From NCBI GenBank assembly GCA_965207885.1, contig OZ242311.1, positions 1,120,001 to 1,184,000 on the forward strand: DNA of 64,000 bases, read 5' to 3'. A program made the position numbers and the translations under genes. The notes beneath the pieces are model-generated. The model ran no database searches. It worked only from the letters and a program-made list of their open reading frames with translations, and was not told the DNA's origin. The DNA comes from Candidatus Latescibacterota bacterium (lineage in GTDB: Bacteria > Latescibacterota > UBA2968). Positions 8,643 to 19,497 of the stretch are shown piece by piece (the stretch's first letter is position 1; every line of letters starts with the position of its first letter).

Positions 8643-11600
8643 ATGAATAAAATTATTGGGCTAATCCTGGTCGGGGCACTGTGCTGGCCCGCAATGAGTG
8701 AGGCGGGGTCGGTGGGGAAAATCAGTGGGACTGTGCGGGATGCACGCGGTGAACCGTTGCCAGGTGCGAATGTGGTGGTGCAGGGTACGCGAAGAGGTGC
8801 TACCACGGATTCAGAAGGCTATTTTTTGATCCTGGCCATAGAGCCGGGCGAATATCAGATGGAAGCGACGATGGTCGGTTATGCGCCGAGGGTGAATAAC
8901 GCGGTTGTGGTGCGCGCAGACTTTACGACCACGATTGACTTTCAGCTCGAGGAGACGACTCTTCAGGCTGCTGAAATGCTGGTGGTTGCAGAACGCCCGC
9001 CCGTGGAGCCTGACCGCACGACGAGTCGCTATATTATCGATGTTGTCGATATCAACCGCGTGCCGCTCGCACGCACTGCCGAAGACCTGATCGAACTTTC
9101 TCCGGGTGTGTCTTTAGACGGCAATCTCCGCATTCGCGGCAGCAATGTCGTCGGGAGCGGAGGTCAAAGGCTAAACGAGACATTTGTAGAAGTAGATGGG
9201 ATTAAACTGGTCAATAACGACGGCTTTTCGACGCCGAACTTCATGGGTATCAACAAGTCTGCGCTTCAGGAAGTGCAGGTGGTTGTGGGGGGGATGGACG
9301 CGGAATACGGCAATGCACAGGGTGGTGTTATCAGCCTGATCACGCGGGAGAGCAGGGATAAGTTTGGCGGGTTGGGCGAGTACCGATTGACGCTGCCGGG
9401 CAAAAAGCACTGGGGATCCAATGTTTACGATAGTGCTATCCACGAGGGACAGGCCGACTTTAGCGACCCGACTTTTGCGAGTGAGATTGACTCTCGAACC
9501 AATCAACCGGCGCACCAGCAGACCGACTACACGGATGTTTGGGGACATTTTCGGGAAGGGTCATTTTCTGGTCCCATTAGCGAGGATACCGGTTTTTTTC
9601 TTTCGTTGACGAATAGTCGGCAGGCGCCTTTATATCCCGATATCGATAATGGCGAGCCGTTCAATATCCAGCTTTCGGGCAATGTCACCTATCGGTTGGG
9701 GAATAATACGAAGGTGAAAGTGGGTAGCGTGTACGGTTATTACAAGGGCTATAATTTCGCTCGGATCTTTAACGATGGAACAGGTGGTACCTCTGCGATT
9801 CCAGAGGGTGCGGCGCGGTCGCTTCAGAATGCCACGGAGGGGAAGAATATCTTTGTACCCGGCGGCTTCGCCGGTGTTGGCGAGGGAAACGAAACGGAAA
9901 ATGTGCTTTACGCTGTGCTGACGCATACGATTTCTTCCAAGACTTTTTACGAACTTCGGATTTCCCATCAGCGGTCGATGGTTGACACGAGTGGCGTCCC
10001 CGCGACTACCGAAGCGATTCGGCGTTCCAGTGCCGGATTTTACCTGCCTCGGGACGTTCATTCCTTTGATTATTACCGCAGAAATCGCTGGCTGCTAAAA
10101 GGCGATCTGACCAGTCAGATCACCAGGGGACATCTGGTCAAAGGTGGCTTTGAACTGACCCGTTTTAGCATTTATCAGCACGAGGAGGTCTTTCCCGATC
10201 CCAAGATTCGGCAGATCCGCCTGGTGGGCAAGGGAGATCCGATTCTCGGGATGGAACCGTTCACGCCGCTTCAATACGCGTTCTATTTGCAGGACAAAAT
10301 GGAGTTTGAGGGGCTGGTGGTCAATGCTGGCGTGCGATTCGACGCGGTGGATCCGGGCGAGGCCTGGGGCTATGCCGGGGAGAAAATACTGTGGCATCAC
10401 TACAGTTCTCTGACGCGCTGGCGAAATGTCCCCCTGGAAGATTCCCCGCTCAATACGGCGTGGAGCACCCGGCTGGGTATCTCGCATCCTATCACCGCTC
10501 GCGCCAGCATCCGCTTCTTCACCGGAACCTTTCACCAGTTTAACGATATGCAGTGGTTTTATACGCGGTTCTTCCGTTCTTCTGTTCCGGACAAAGACCT
10601 GAATGGCAATGGCGTGATCGACCAGCATGAGATCTTCAATTCTCTGGCGCACTCGCTGGCCGGTAAATTTGGGTCCGTCTCGACCGATCCGGTACGCACC
10701 ACCAGTTTTGAGGTGGGCGTTGATTGGAATTTTGCGGGCGATTATATTGCCAGCGTGACCGCATTTTACAAAGATCAGGAAGGGCAGATTAACGGGCAAT
10801 CCGCCCATATGGAAGACCCCGCTTATGGATCTGTCTCCACTTATGCAAGTGGGATCACGAATAAGGGTTTTCTGACGTCCAGGGGTTTTGAGATCTCGTT
10901 TAAGAAGATGTTCACGCGCATGACGTCGTTTAATCTGTCCTACAATTTGCAATGGGTAAAGTCGTTTGAGGGTGGGAAGAGAGCCGCGAAGTGGTTCTAT
11001 GTGCCCGATGCGACCTGGGTGAACAGCGATAAGTTTTTCAGTGGTATTGAAGTCGAATCCAATGGTCAGGAGATGCCCATAGTTCCAGATGCGGCAGCGC
11101 GGGCTGCATTCGCCGAAAAGGCGGACCAGATCATGCAGAAGTGGATTGATCAGGTTGGGTCTATCTCAACGGGTAGAATTTTTGAACCGCCGACCGAGAT
11201 TGAACCCGGGCTGTGGTTATTTTCCAATACGAGTTATGGGATTCCGACGCTGCGAAGCGGTATTGACCGCAGAAATTACGCCACGGCGCAATTTCTCTTT
11301 TCGGCTCCGCCAGACTTTCATTTCAGTCCCCTGGCCGGTTTTCGGGTGACGATGATTTACCGCGTGCAGAGCGGTACCCCCTGGTGGTATGCGCCGCCAG
11401 AGGGTGGGCAGGTACGCCGAAATGCTCCGATTTCGACGGTTACAGATATGAACTTCGAGAAGGAGTTTCAATTCGGCACTTCGACAACGGCAACTGGATT
11501 TCTGGAAATACGCAATATCTGGAACCAGAAAGACGATATGACGACCGGTTTTAACTCGGTTCAATACGGATTGACATTGCCCTCGCCCACTGACAAGGTC

Positions 11601-11696
11601 TATCAGACGCACGGCGATACGGATGAGCTGACCCGATATAATCGCGGTCTCGGTTTGCCCCGATCGATAGTATTTGGTGCGCGTTTGAAATTTTAA
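8643..11696 (+). CDS. TonB-dependent receptor with N-terminal carboxypeptidase-regulatory-like domain
   Basis: GKISGTVRD..GEPLPGANVVV; plug IRGS..GGMDAEYGNAQGGVI; YLQDKMEFEGLVVNAGVRFD; ends PRSIVFGARLKF. Confidence 0.9.
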   Translation: MNKIIGLILVGALCWPAMSEAGSVGKISGTVRDARGEPLPGANVVVQGTRRGATTDSEGYFLILAIEPGEYQMEATMVGYAPRVNNAVVVRADFTTTIDFQLEETTLQAAEMLVVAERPPVEPDRTTSRYIIDVVDINRVPLARTAEDLIELSPGVSLDGNLRIRGSNVVGSGGQRLNETFVEVDGIKLVNNDGFSTPNFMGINKSALQEVQVVVGGMDAEYGNAQGGVISLITRESRDKFGGLGEYRLTLPGKKHWGSNVYDSAIHEGQADFSDPTFASEIDSRTNQPAHQQTDYTDVWGHFREGSFSGPISEDTGFFLSLTNSRQAPLYPDIDNGEPFNIQLSGNVTYRLGNNTKVKVGSVYGYYKGYNFARIFNDGTGGTSAIPEGAARSLQNATEGKNIFVPGGFAGVGEGNETENVLYAVLTHTISSKTFYELRISHQRSMVDTSGVPATTEAIRRSSAGFYLPRDVHSFDYYRRNRWLLKGDLTSQITRGHLVKGGFELTRFSIYQHEEVFPDPKIRQIRLVGKGDPILGMEPFTPLQYAFYLQDKMEFEGLVVNAGVRFDAVDPGEAWGYAGEKILWHHYSSLTRWRNVPLEDSPLNTAWSTRLGISHPITARASIRFFTGTFHQFNDMQWFYTRFFRSSVPDKDLNGNGVIDQHEIFNSLAHSLAGKFGSVSTDPVRTTSFEVGVDWNFAGDYIASVTAFYKDQEGQINGQSAHMEDPAYGSVSTYASGITNKGFLTSRGFEISFKKMFTRMTSFNLSYNLQWVKSFEGGKRAAKWFYVPDATWVNSDKFFSGIEVESNGQEMPIVPDAAARAAFAEKADQIMQKWIDQVGSISTGRIFEPPTEIEPGLWLFSNTSYGIPTLRSGIDRRNYATAQFLFSAPPDFHFSPLAGFRVTMIYRVQSGTPWWYAPPEGGQVRRNAPISTVTDMNFEKEFQFGTSTTATGFLEIRNIWNQKDDMTTGFNSVQYGLTLPSPTDKVYQTHGDTDELTRYNRGLGLPRSIVFGARLKF

Positions 11697-11715
11697 TTTT
11701 TCTCTGGAGGAAAGC

Positions 11716-14058
11716 ATGTTCAACACGCAATTTAACTGGCGGCTGGGTCTTTTGCTGTTGCTGATTGGCGTGCAATCCGTCCCCGCTGCAGAGGTGGTTT
11801 ACGGCACGGCGCGTCACACGACCCGGGCGCAGGTTTGGACTTCGTTTACCAGTGCCGGCACGCAGGGGATGCACTACGATATTTCGGCGACCCGAATTAT
11901 GATGCGGATGAATTACCCGGGTGGCGTCAATGCGATGCAGATCGGAATGACTCCGCCGGAATTTATCGACTACTGGGGCGAGAAGTCGTGGCCCGTGTAC
12001 GCACAGAAAACAGAATCCCACTCAAATTCCGCGGGTGAAGGGGTGCTCGTTCTGACCAATGTGGATGGGGAGAAGTGGGTATCTGCTACGGGGCCGCGCA
12101 AGCCGACCGAAGATGTGCTGCCGCTGATTTACGATATTAAAAATATGCCTGAGGTAGATTGGGGTCTCGAATCGAGAGTACCCACACGGGGCGTCAGGGT
12201 TGGCGATCTCATGGTAAATTATTACAAGGGTGCGCCGGCATTGACGGGAGACCCGGTGAGTACATCGCCTTATGAAATCCACAACTACGGGTACGGGGTC
12301 TATCCCCCTGTTCAGAACGCGCCCGAAGAGGTGATCATCTCGCAGTGGACGACCAGACACAATCTCGTGGTGACCCGAAAGGCATATACGTGGAGCCATC
12401 AGGATTTTGACGATTTCTTTATTCTGGAGTTGGAATTTGAAAATAGGGGAAGCAAACAGCTCAACGATACGTACTTCGGGTTTTTGAACGCCTTCTATGT
12501 CAGCAATGCCGGCACGGCTTATCGCTGGGGGCACGAAGGCGGAAAGATTACTTATGCCCGCGCGGGTGGCCGCGACGATTGGTATCGCTCCAGCATTGCG
12601 TCCAATTTCCAGCCCAATTCTCTGAGCGGTTTGACTGCCAATGACTTTGACGGGAAATACATCAATTATCAGTGGGATGGCAATGCGGTGGAAAGCAATG
12701 AAGAGGATACGGGAGATCCCTTCTATAAAGATCTCGAATCTGTGGGATCGGCACGGGGATTCCCGGGAAGTTCTGCTCGGCCCGAAGGTATGCCGATTTC
12801 CCCACAGTATATGGGGGTGGCACCGCTGGCATTTCGCAATTCTGGCGCAAGCCATGTGTTCAATGCCTCAGATCGGGCAGCGGGCTATGTGAATCCCGAA
12901 GGCGAAACGCCCATTCTGGCACACTGGTGGGAAGCTACTGCTCGAAAGAAGATCCAGGATCCGCTGCGCGGTGTGTTGAGTCCTGCGGAGATCTACGATG
13001 CATTTACTTCGCCGTCACACGACAATCCGGCGGAAGTGGGCGTGGGTTGGAATGATCAGGTCTATGGCCCGTACAATCTCGCACCTGGTGACAAGGCCAA
13101 AATTGTGCTGGTATATGTGCTGGGCACTGCCGCAGATTTTGATACCCATCCGAGTACGGGTCACTCCAGAGATATGATTACGTGGGGTTGGAATTATGGG
13201 GTTGTAGATGACAATACTCGCAAGTCGGCACTGGCGCAGGGCGAGAGGGCGATGTTACAAAATTTGTCGCACGCGCAGTTTGCTTATGACAATGCGTATG
13301 ACATCCCCGATTCGCCGCCCGATGTCGAATTCAATATTCGAGGCGATGAAACCGCGCAGATGGAGGTGTCGTGGACGAATGCTGTGGAGACGGCGGTGCA
13401 CCCCGATTTCGGCGTGCCCAATGTCGCGAGCTATCGCATTTACCGCTCCACATGGCAGGAATACGGTCCCTGGGAACTCGTGGGTGAGATTCCGGCGACG
13501 GGTGCAAATACCTATGCGTGGTCCGATGATAATTCTCTGGCGGGCTTTCTCTATATCTACAATGTTCGCGCTGTGGCCAAGCCGCAGCAGAGCTGGAGCA
13601 AGGGGACGAAAACCCTTGCCGATTTGCCGCCAGTGGTTCGGGAACACGTGCTCAATGGGATAGAAGGCGGATGGTCGGCGCCAGAACAGCGGATGATTGC
13701 TCCCAGAAGTCCGACAATGGCTTCTTCCGTTGTCGCCGACAATTTGGAGCAACAGATACTGGTTGTCCCAAATCCATTTAGTCTGGCAGAGTCGCTACAG
13801 AATTATCAAAATACCAAAAAGCTGCGGTTTGTAGGCGTGCCCAGAAAATGCACCATTTCGATCTTTTCAATATCGGGGGATCGGGTGGGTGTAATTGAGC
13901 ACGACGATCCAAATTCCGGCGAGGCGATCTGGGAGTTGAGAGACCGTTTCATAACCGGCGAGGTCACATCGGGCGTCTATATTTTTACCGTAGAGTCCAA
14001 AGTTCAAGGGGCCAGTTCTGGCAAAGTCCAGCGCGGGCTTTTCGTGATCCACCGGTAA
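11716..14058 (+). CDS. Secreted protein with FN3-like region and T9SS-type C-terminal domain
   Basis: Signal peptide; PDSPP..YRIYRS FN3-like segment; C-terminal VVPNPF..F.GVP..CTISIFSISGD.V..W.L..VTSGVYIF. Confidence 0.75.
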   Translation: MFNTQFNWRLGLLLLLIGVQSVPAAEVVYGTARHTTRAQVWTSFTSAGTQGMHYDISATRIMMRMNYPGGVNAMQIGMTPPEFIDYWGEKSWPVYAQKTESHSNSAGEGVLVLTNVDGEKWVSATGPRKPTEDVLPLIYDIKNMPEVDWGLESRVPTRGVRVGDLMVNYYKGAPALTGDPVSTSPYEIHNYGYGVYPPVQNAPEEVIISQWTTRHNLVVTRKAYTWSHQDFDDFFILELEFENRGSKQLNDTYFGFLNAFYVSNAGTAYRWGHEGGKITYARAGGRDDWYRSSIASNFQPNSLSGLTANDFDGKYINYQWDGNAVESNEEDTGDPFYKDLESVGSARGFPGSSARPEGMPISPQYMGVAPLAFRNSGASHVFNASDRAAGYVNPEGETPILAHWWEATARKKIQDPLRGVLSPAEIYDAFTSPSHDNPAEVGVGWNDQVYGPYNLAPGDKAKIVLVYVLGTAADFDTHPSTGHSRDMITWGWNYGVVDDNTRKSALAQGERAMLQNLSHAQFAYDNAYDIPDSPPDVEFNIRGDETAQMEVSWTNAVETAVHPDFGVPNVASYRIYRSTWQEYGPWELVGEIPATGANTYAWSDDNSLAGFLYIYNVRAVAKPQQSWSKGTKTLADLPPVVREHVLNGIEGGWSAPEQRMIAPRSPTMASSVVADNLEQQILVVPNPFSLAESLQNYQNTKKLRFVGVPRKCTISIFSISGDRVGVIEHDDPNSGEAIWELRDRFITGEVTSGVYIFTVESKVQGASSGKVQRGLFVIHR

Positions 14059-14100
14059 GTATTCGGCCATTTGTTTCACACTTTTTGAAAAGGATAGATA

Positions 14101-15081
14101 ATGATGAAACGGTTCACAGGCTGTGTAGTGCTCGTTTTCGGCATTCTCGGCTTCGCATTGTCGGGACATGCCCAGGTGAGACCGACAGATACCCTTGAAA
14201 GTACAGAGAATTACGAGAAGCAGGGACCTTCCACGTTTACATTTTTGAAGGTGACGCCCACGGCGCGCGCCGCGTCTATGGGTGATGCTTATACCTCTGT
14301 TGCCGAGGGTATTGAAGCGATCTATTGGAATGCGGCGGGGATTGCGAAGGTTCCCAGGCTGGGATATTCTTTCGGGTATATTCAGTGGTTGGCAGATACC
14401 AAATTCTATTCCGGTGCTGTTGCCGCCAATATGAGATGGAGTACTGTGGTCGGGGTTTCGGTGGTGACTTTTCAAACGCCCGAAATTATCGAGACGACGA
14501 CTTTACAACCCACGGGTACGGGCAATATGGTAAATACAGGCGATACTGCGATCGGGTTGTCGGTTGCGCGGCAGATGACCAACAAGCTTTCGGCTGGTCT
14601 GACCCTTCGCTATATTCAATCTACCCTTGGGGCAGAGAAATTACAGGCTTTGAGCCTGAGCGTGGGTACGCTTTTGCACACCGGGTTCAAGAGTTTTCGC
14701 ATTGGGATGAGTATGAAGAATCTGGGCGGCGAACAGCAGATTGTTACGGAGAAATCTTCTATGCCGACCGTGTTTCACGTTGGCGGCTCGATGGAGGTAC
14801 TGGGTGAGTTGGGCGATCCCTATTCTTTGACCGGGTCACTCGAAGGCGCTTATTTCACCGATCGGTGGCAACGTTATAATCTGGGTGCAGAGCTTTGGGT
14901 TATGAACACGGTTGCCCTGCGCGCCGGGTACAAGTTCCGATACGACGAAGAGTCCTGGAGCATTGGTGCGGGCCTGAAGGGTACATTTTCAGGCCGAAGC
15001 ATCCATGTAGATGTTTCGTATTCAGATTTCGGGCCTTTGCTGAATACGCCGCTTCGGGTAAGTTTGTCCGGGACGTTTTGA
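14101..15081 (+). CDS. PorV/PorQ family outer-membrane protein
   Basis: FLKVTPTARAASMGDAYTSVA..AIYWNAAG; GAELW..ALRAGY. Confidence 0.85.
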   Translation: MMKRFTGCVVLVFGILGFALSGHAQVRPTDTLESTENYEKQGPSTFTFLKVTPTARAASMGDAYTSVAEGIEAIYWNAAGIAKVPRLGYSFGYIQWLADTKFYSGAVAANMRWSTVVGVSVVTFQTPEIIETTTLQPTGTGNMVNTGDTAIGLSVARQMTNKLSAGLTLRYIQSTLGAEKLQALSLSVGTLLHTGFKSFRIGMSMKNLGGEQQIVTEKSSMPTVFHVGGSMEVLGELGDPYSLTGSLEGAYFTDRWQRYNLGAELWVMNTVALRAGYKFRYDEESWSIGAGLKGTFSGRSIHVDVSYSDFGPLLNTPLRVSLSGTF

Positions 15082-15113
15082 GAAGGGGAGGGTGAGAACC
15101 CTACCCCAGTATA

Positions 15114-15160
15114 TCAGGCCATCAACCGTTATTTATTGCGGCTGATGGCCTGTTTTTTTA
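15114..15160 (+). terminator. Intrinsic terminator after the TBDR-PorV operon
   Basis: CAGGCCATCAACCG...CGGCTGATGGCCTG stem followed by a T run. Confidence 0.75.
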
Positions 15161-16759
15161 TTTCGGTTCGACGAATATCTCTACTTCGTCGATTACAATT
15201 GTGGGGGATGTGGCTTTGGGGTCGCTTTTGGTGAGTGTGATGGATAGGCGGTTGTCGCCGCGTTCGACGAGCGGGTCCGATAGGACAAACCAGCGTGTGG
15301 AAAAGACGGGTTTTTCCGCGAGTGCGCGAAATTCGATCCGCCCGCCCTGTGCGGTACAGGGTATGTTTCTGCCGTCTTTTTCCCGTGTCGAATCTACGGT
15401 TGTGACGCGATCAGAAGATGCGGTCCGTCCGATGGCTTCGTCGGGGATGGTATGGCCGTTGAGGCGTACGTCGAGTTCATCGATCCCGGTCAGGCCGAAT
15501 CCCCGAAAGAGGAGTGTCGCGCAATGTGCGTGTTGCAGGTTTTCGAAGAGTTGAAAGCGAAATTCACCCGTGGGACGCTGTTCGTTGCGCGATAGTCGAA
15601 GTTGTTGTGCGTTGATTACGCCTGTGCTGCGTCTGCCATTGGCTCCAAAACCGCTGAATCCGTCCCAGGTGGGATCGAAGATGTAGTGCCGTTCGCCGCG
15701 CGCGACGCGCTCGGGGTCGCGGAGCTGGTGGAAGACTTGCATGCCCTGGGGGTAAAAAGGCGGCTGCCACACGGAGGGCACAAAATGGTTGTAGATCGAT
15801 ATGCCATTTGCACCTGCGCCGTACATGGTGTGCGCGAGTGCGCGACAGGTGGCGTGGCTTAAGGGGATGCGTCCGAGGCGGTAGCGCGCGCGGTAGCTGT
15901 TCCACGGTAGCAGGCCGGGGTAGAGTAGGCACGCTGTTTCCCGAGTTAGTGCCGCCCATTCCGAATAGGGCAAATTGTGGTCGGCATACATTGTGTCTTG
16001 CGGGCTGATGTAGTCGAGCAATTCATTCTGGATCCAATTGCAAATGTCCAGGCCCTGGCTCGCGCATTCTGCCGGCGTTGCGTAGATGCGGGCGCCGAGC
16101 ATGAGTTTTTTGCCGGTTTCTTTGCCGCGTTCATTCAGTCGCGTGCGGATCTTTTGGATGAGATCTGTCATGAGGTGTGCGCGTTCGGCAGCATGGTGCG
16201 GGGGGAAGTAAGCCGTGTCCCGAAAGCACAGTTCTATGCCGTCAATGTCAAATCCGCAGGCGACTTCTTCTACGACGCCATAGGTGAATTCTCGGACTTC
16301 TCGATGTGTGAAGTCGAGTGCTTCTGGTTCCTGGTAGTTCTGTCCGGGGCGCGGGTCGTGTAATCTCAGATGCGGATTGGATTCAATATATTCGGCAATG
16401 CCAACGCCCTGTTTGCGGTTGTGTGCGGCATGGCCGTCGTTCATGCGGAAGCCAGCGATAAATTGCATGCTGCGCCGGTGCGATTGGTCGATGAGGATGT
16501 CCAGTGGTTGTGTGCCCGCTTCGATCAATGGTCTGAATCGCTGGTGCTGAGGGCGCTGGTCGTATTCATAGTGTTCGGATTGCCAGTAGGCCGTCCATCC
16601 TTGAGAGAATACCTCCTGATTGAATATATCTATTCCACTGTCCGCGAGTATATCCACCCATTTGCGCAGGTCTGCTTCTCTTACTGGATCGGGCAACACC
16701 GTGCGTGCGATCGTGGATGGGTCGCTCACATAGAGGATCCGATGGGCTGTTTCTGTCAT
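15158..16759 (-). CDS. Glycoside hydrolase-like family 10 (DUF187-like) TIM-barrel protein
   Basis: FRMNDGH, LDFTHREVR..EEV..FDIDGIELCF, GANGISIYN motifs. Confidence 0.65.
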   Translation of the reverse strand: MTETAHRILYVSDPSTIARTVLPDPVREADLRKWVDILADSGIDIFNQEVFSQGWTAYWQSEHYEYDQRPQHQRFRPLIEAGTQPLDILIDQSHRRSMQFIAGFRMNDGHAAHNRKQGVGIAEYIESNPHLRLHDPRPGQNYQEPEALDFTHREVREFTYGVVEEVACGFDIDGIELCFRDTAYFPPHHAAERAHLMTDLIQKIRTRLNERGKETGKKLMLGARIYATPAECASQGLDICNWIQNELLDYISPQDTMYADHNLPYSEWAALTRETACLLYPGLLPWNSYRARYRLGRIPLSHATCRALAHTMYGAGANGISIYNHFVPSVWQPPFYPQGMQVFHQLRDPERVARGERHYIFDPTWDGFSGFGANGRRSTGVINAQQLRLSRNEQRPTGEFRFQLFENLQHAHCATLLFRGFGLTGIDELDVRLNGHTIPDEAIGRTASSDRVTTVDSTREKDGRNIPCTAQGGRIEFRALAEKPVFSTRWFVLSDPLVERGDNRLSITLTKSDPKATSPTIVIDEVEIFVEPK

Positions 16760-16780
16760 GTTCCCTCTCCATGCCGAGAA

Positions 16781-18121
16781 TTACTTACTCAGCTGTGCCG
16801 AGACCTCTACAATGGTTTCATGTATTACATCGACAACGTGTTGTACTTCAGATTCGGTGATGGTGAAAGGGGGGCTGATGGCGATATGGTCGCCTTCGAC
16901 ACCATCGACCAGGCCGGGGGCTCCGGGCATGACCAGTACCCCTTTTTCAAAGGCCAGATCCACGATCCTTGCGGTTACCCCTTTTGAGAGGTCGAAGGGG
17001 GCACGCGTGGATTTGTCGGCTACGAATTCGATGCCGATCAGCAGGCCCTTCCCGCGTATGCCCCCGACGATCGGCAGGTTCTGCAGGGGCATGAATTTTT
17101 CCAGCATCAGGTCGCCCATCCGGGCGCAGTTCGATACCAGATCGTGCGTCTGGATGTAGTTTTGCACGGCCAGGGCCGTGGCGCAGGAAAGGGCGTTTCC
17201 GCCATAGGTGTGTCCGTGTACAAAAGAGACGGATTCCCTGTAGATAGCATTGTAGATTTTTTCGTGGACGACGGTTGCGGCAATGGGCGTATAACCGCTA
17301 CTCAATCCTTTCCCGGTCGCCATAATATCGGGGACCACATCCCAGTGTTCGATGCCGAAGTTGCGGCCTGTCCTGCCAAAACCGGTGACGACTTCATCGA
17401 CGATCATCAGGATATTGTGTCGGTCACAGATCTCCCGAATGAGCGGGTAGTAGTCCTGAGGAGGGGTCACTCCGGCGGCGGAGGTGCCGAGGATCGGTTC
17501 GGCGATAAAGGCGGAGATCGACTCGCTCCCCTCCTGTTTGATGACCCGCTCCAGTTCCTCTGCGCAGTGGAGTTGGCATTCCGAGTGGTCCTTACAGTAG
17601 GCGCACCGATAGGGGTAGGGCGGCGGGATATGGGGGAAATTCAGCAGGTAGGGAATATAGTCCTTGCGCCAGGGCGACCGCCCGGACATGGAGAGGGCAC
17701 CAACCGTATTCCCGTGCCAGGCCTGCCACCGGGAGATGACCCTGTACTTTCCGGGATTGCCGGTTGCGATATGGTACTTCCGGGCGATTTTCATGGCCGA
17801 CTCTGTAGCTTCGGACCCTCCGGAAACGAAAAAGACCCGGTTCAGGTCTCCCGGCGTGAAGTCGGCGATCCTGTCCGCCAGGTCGATCTGGGGCTGGGTG
17901 AGGAATCGGGCGTAGGTGAAACAGACCTTCTCCGCCTGTTCTGCCATGACTTCTGCGATCTCTTTGACTCCGTGGCCGATACTGACCACATGCACACCCG
18001 CACAGGCGTCGAGATAGCGCTTTCCTTCCATATCGAACAGGTAAATGCCTTCTCCATGTGATATTTTCGGCCATTCTTTTTTGAGGGTTCTGTGAAAGAT
18101 GTGGTCTTTATGCCGGGGCAT
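16781..18121 (-). CDS. Class III aminotransferase (omega-amino acid/taurine-pyruvate type)
   Basis: YLDACAG, VSGGSEATE, AFIAEP, DEVVTGFGRTG, PDIMATGKGLSSGY, HGHTY; start set at MPRHK with RBS. Confidence 0.9.
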   Translation of the reverse strand: MPRHKDHIFHRTLKKEWPKISHGEGIYLFDMEGKRYLDACAGVHVVSIGHGVKEIAEVMAEQAEKVCFTYARFLTQPQIDLADRIADFTPGDLNRVFFVSGGSEATESAMKIARKYHIATGNPGKYRVISRWQAWHGNTVGALSMSGRSPWRKDYIPYLLNFPHIPPPYPYRCAYCKDHSECQLHCAEELERVIKQEGSESISAFIAEPILGTSAAGVTPPQDYYPLIREICDRHNILMIVDEVVTGFGRTGRNFGIEHWDVVPDIMATGKGLSSGYTPIAATVVHEKIYNAIYRESVSFVHGHTYGGNALSCATALAVQNYIQTHDLVSNCARMGDLMLEKFMPLQNLPIVGGIRGKGLLIGIEFVADKSTRAPFDLSKGVTARIVDLAFEKGVLVMPGAPGLVDGVEGDHIAISPPFTITESEVQHVVDVIHETIVEVSAQLSK

Positions 18122-18456
18122 GGTTTTTCCTTTCTTTGTATAAAATTGCCAGGTAGCGAGCAAGATAGCCTTTCGGCACCGGTCCCGCAAGCAATTCGGG
18201 ATCTCTTCCCGCGCACTCACTATTTTGAAACCTTTAGATGTATGGCGTGTATCTAAGATGTAACAAGGGATGGACAGTAATCGAGAAATATGTTCGAGAT
18301 TGTGAAACTTTGTCAATGTTCAATGCGTTTAAGAAAGGTATATAACAATTCATTAAACAATGCTGGGAGGGGGTGACAATCAAAATGGTAACGCCAACTG
18401 TTGTAACAGAATCTCACACCGGGTCGGGTAAAGAGGAACAAGTGGTAGGAGATACA

Positions 18457-19320
18457 ATGGAATACACGCAACAAGGAACGCAGTACGCGCGCGAAGCTTC
18501 TGTTCAGAGCTATCTCAAGGAACTGCGCAAGTACCCCCCATTGAGCCGAGAAGAAGAACAAAAAGTCCTTCGCAAGGCCAAACGGGGAAATCAAGCGGCG
18601 ATTGACAAGATTATTACGTCAAACTTGCGTTTTGTCGTCAGTGTTGCGCTCGAATATCAGGGGCGGGGTGTGCCCCTTGCCGATTTGATTGCCGAGGGCA
18701 ATATGGGTTTGATGGAAGCCCTCAAGCGATTTGACGAAGAACGCGGGTTTAAGTTTATCAGCTATGCCGTGTGGTGGATTCGGCAGTGCATTCTCAATGC
18801 GCTCAAGCGCACGTCTAATGTGGTTATGCCTGCAAATCGCCAGGAGGATATGGACCGGATGGCGCGCCGCTGGGGACAGATGACCCAGGAACTGGGGCGC
18901 GTGCCCACGCTGGACGAAGTTGCCAGCGATATGAAGATCAGCAACAAACGCGCAGAGCGGGCGTTGCGCTGTGTGCGCCCAGATCTGTCTCTTTCTATGC
19001 CCGTAGATACGGCGGGCGAGCAGCCGCTTCAGAATATACTCGAGGCCGATGAAGAGGATCCAGATCAACTCGTGATATACCGGGATCAGTCCGAGTTTAT
19101 ATTACGGTCTCTCAATGATTCTCTGGATCCCCGGGAGCGAGATGTTATTCGCGCTTATTTTGGTCTCGACGGAGGTGAGCGCCGGACGCTGAGTGATATT
19201 GGCTGTTCTCTGGGTGTTACCCGAGAGCGCGTGCGCCAGATTCGCAACCGCGCCCTTGCCAAGTTGCAGCGATATTTTCGGAGAAATGTTCCGGGTGGAA
19301 AAGTGGAAGATCTGGTCTGA
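18457..19320 (+). CDS. RpoD/SigA-family (group 2-like) RNA polymerase sigma factor
   Basis: YLKELRKYPPLSREEE, NLRFVVSVA, DLIAEGNMGL, FISYAVWWIRQ, VTRERVRQI; start uncertain (ORF opens at 18373). Confidence 0.9.
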   Translation: MEYTQQGTQYAREASVQSYLKELRKYPPLSREEEQKVLRKAKRGNQAAIDKIITSNLRFVVSVALEYQGRGVPLADLIAEGNMGLMEALKRFDEERGFKFISYAVWWIRQCILNALKRTSNVVMPANRQEDMDRMARRWGQMTQELGRVPTLDEVASDMKISNKRAERALRCVRPDLSLSMPVDTAGEQPLQNILEADEEDPDQLVIYRDQSEFILRSLNDSLDPRERDVIRAYFGLDGGERRTLSDIGCSLGVTRERVRQIRNRALAKLQRYFRRNVPGGKVEDLV

Positions 19321-19341
19321 TACCATCTTATCTTCGGAGTA

Positions 19342-19377
19342 TAAAGGCGGTTCTGGTTTTTCCAGGGCCGCCTTTAC
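19342..19377 (+). terminator. Probable terminator hairpin after sigma gene
   Basis: TAAAGGCGGTTCTGG-TTTTT-CCAGGGCCGCCTTTA inverted repeat. Confidence 0.6.
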
Positions 19378-19497
19378 TGTGTAAAGCAGTTTTAGCAAAT
19401 GCCTTGAAAAGGGTTGATTTATTCAAAAATGGAGTGTAGATTCTACACGCTTTCTGGATCCTTTTAACCCGCCTCACTTTTGAGCTTCCCCCTCGCT

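Noticed and set aside
18122-18316. N-terminal extension of the aminotransferase given by the ORF track (similar extensions on phoR, the RNase II gene and the binding lipoprotein)
   Set aside because: Family homology begins at downstream ATGs; the extensions are non-homologous or overlap neighbouring genes
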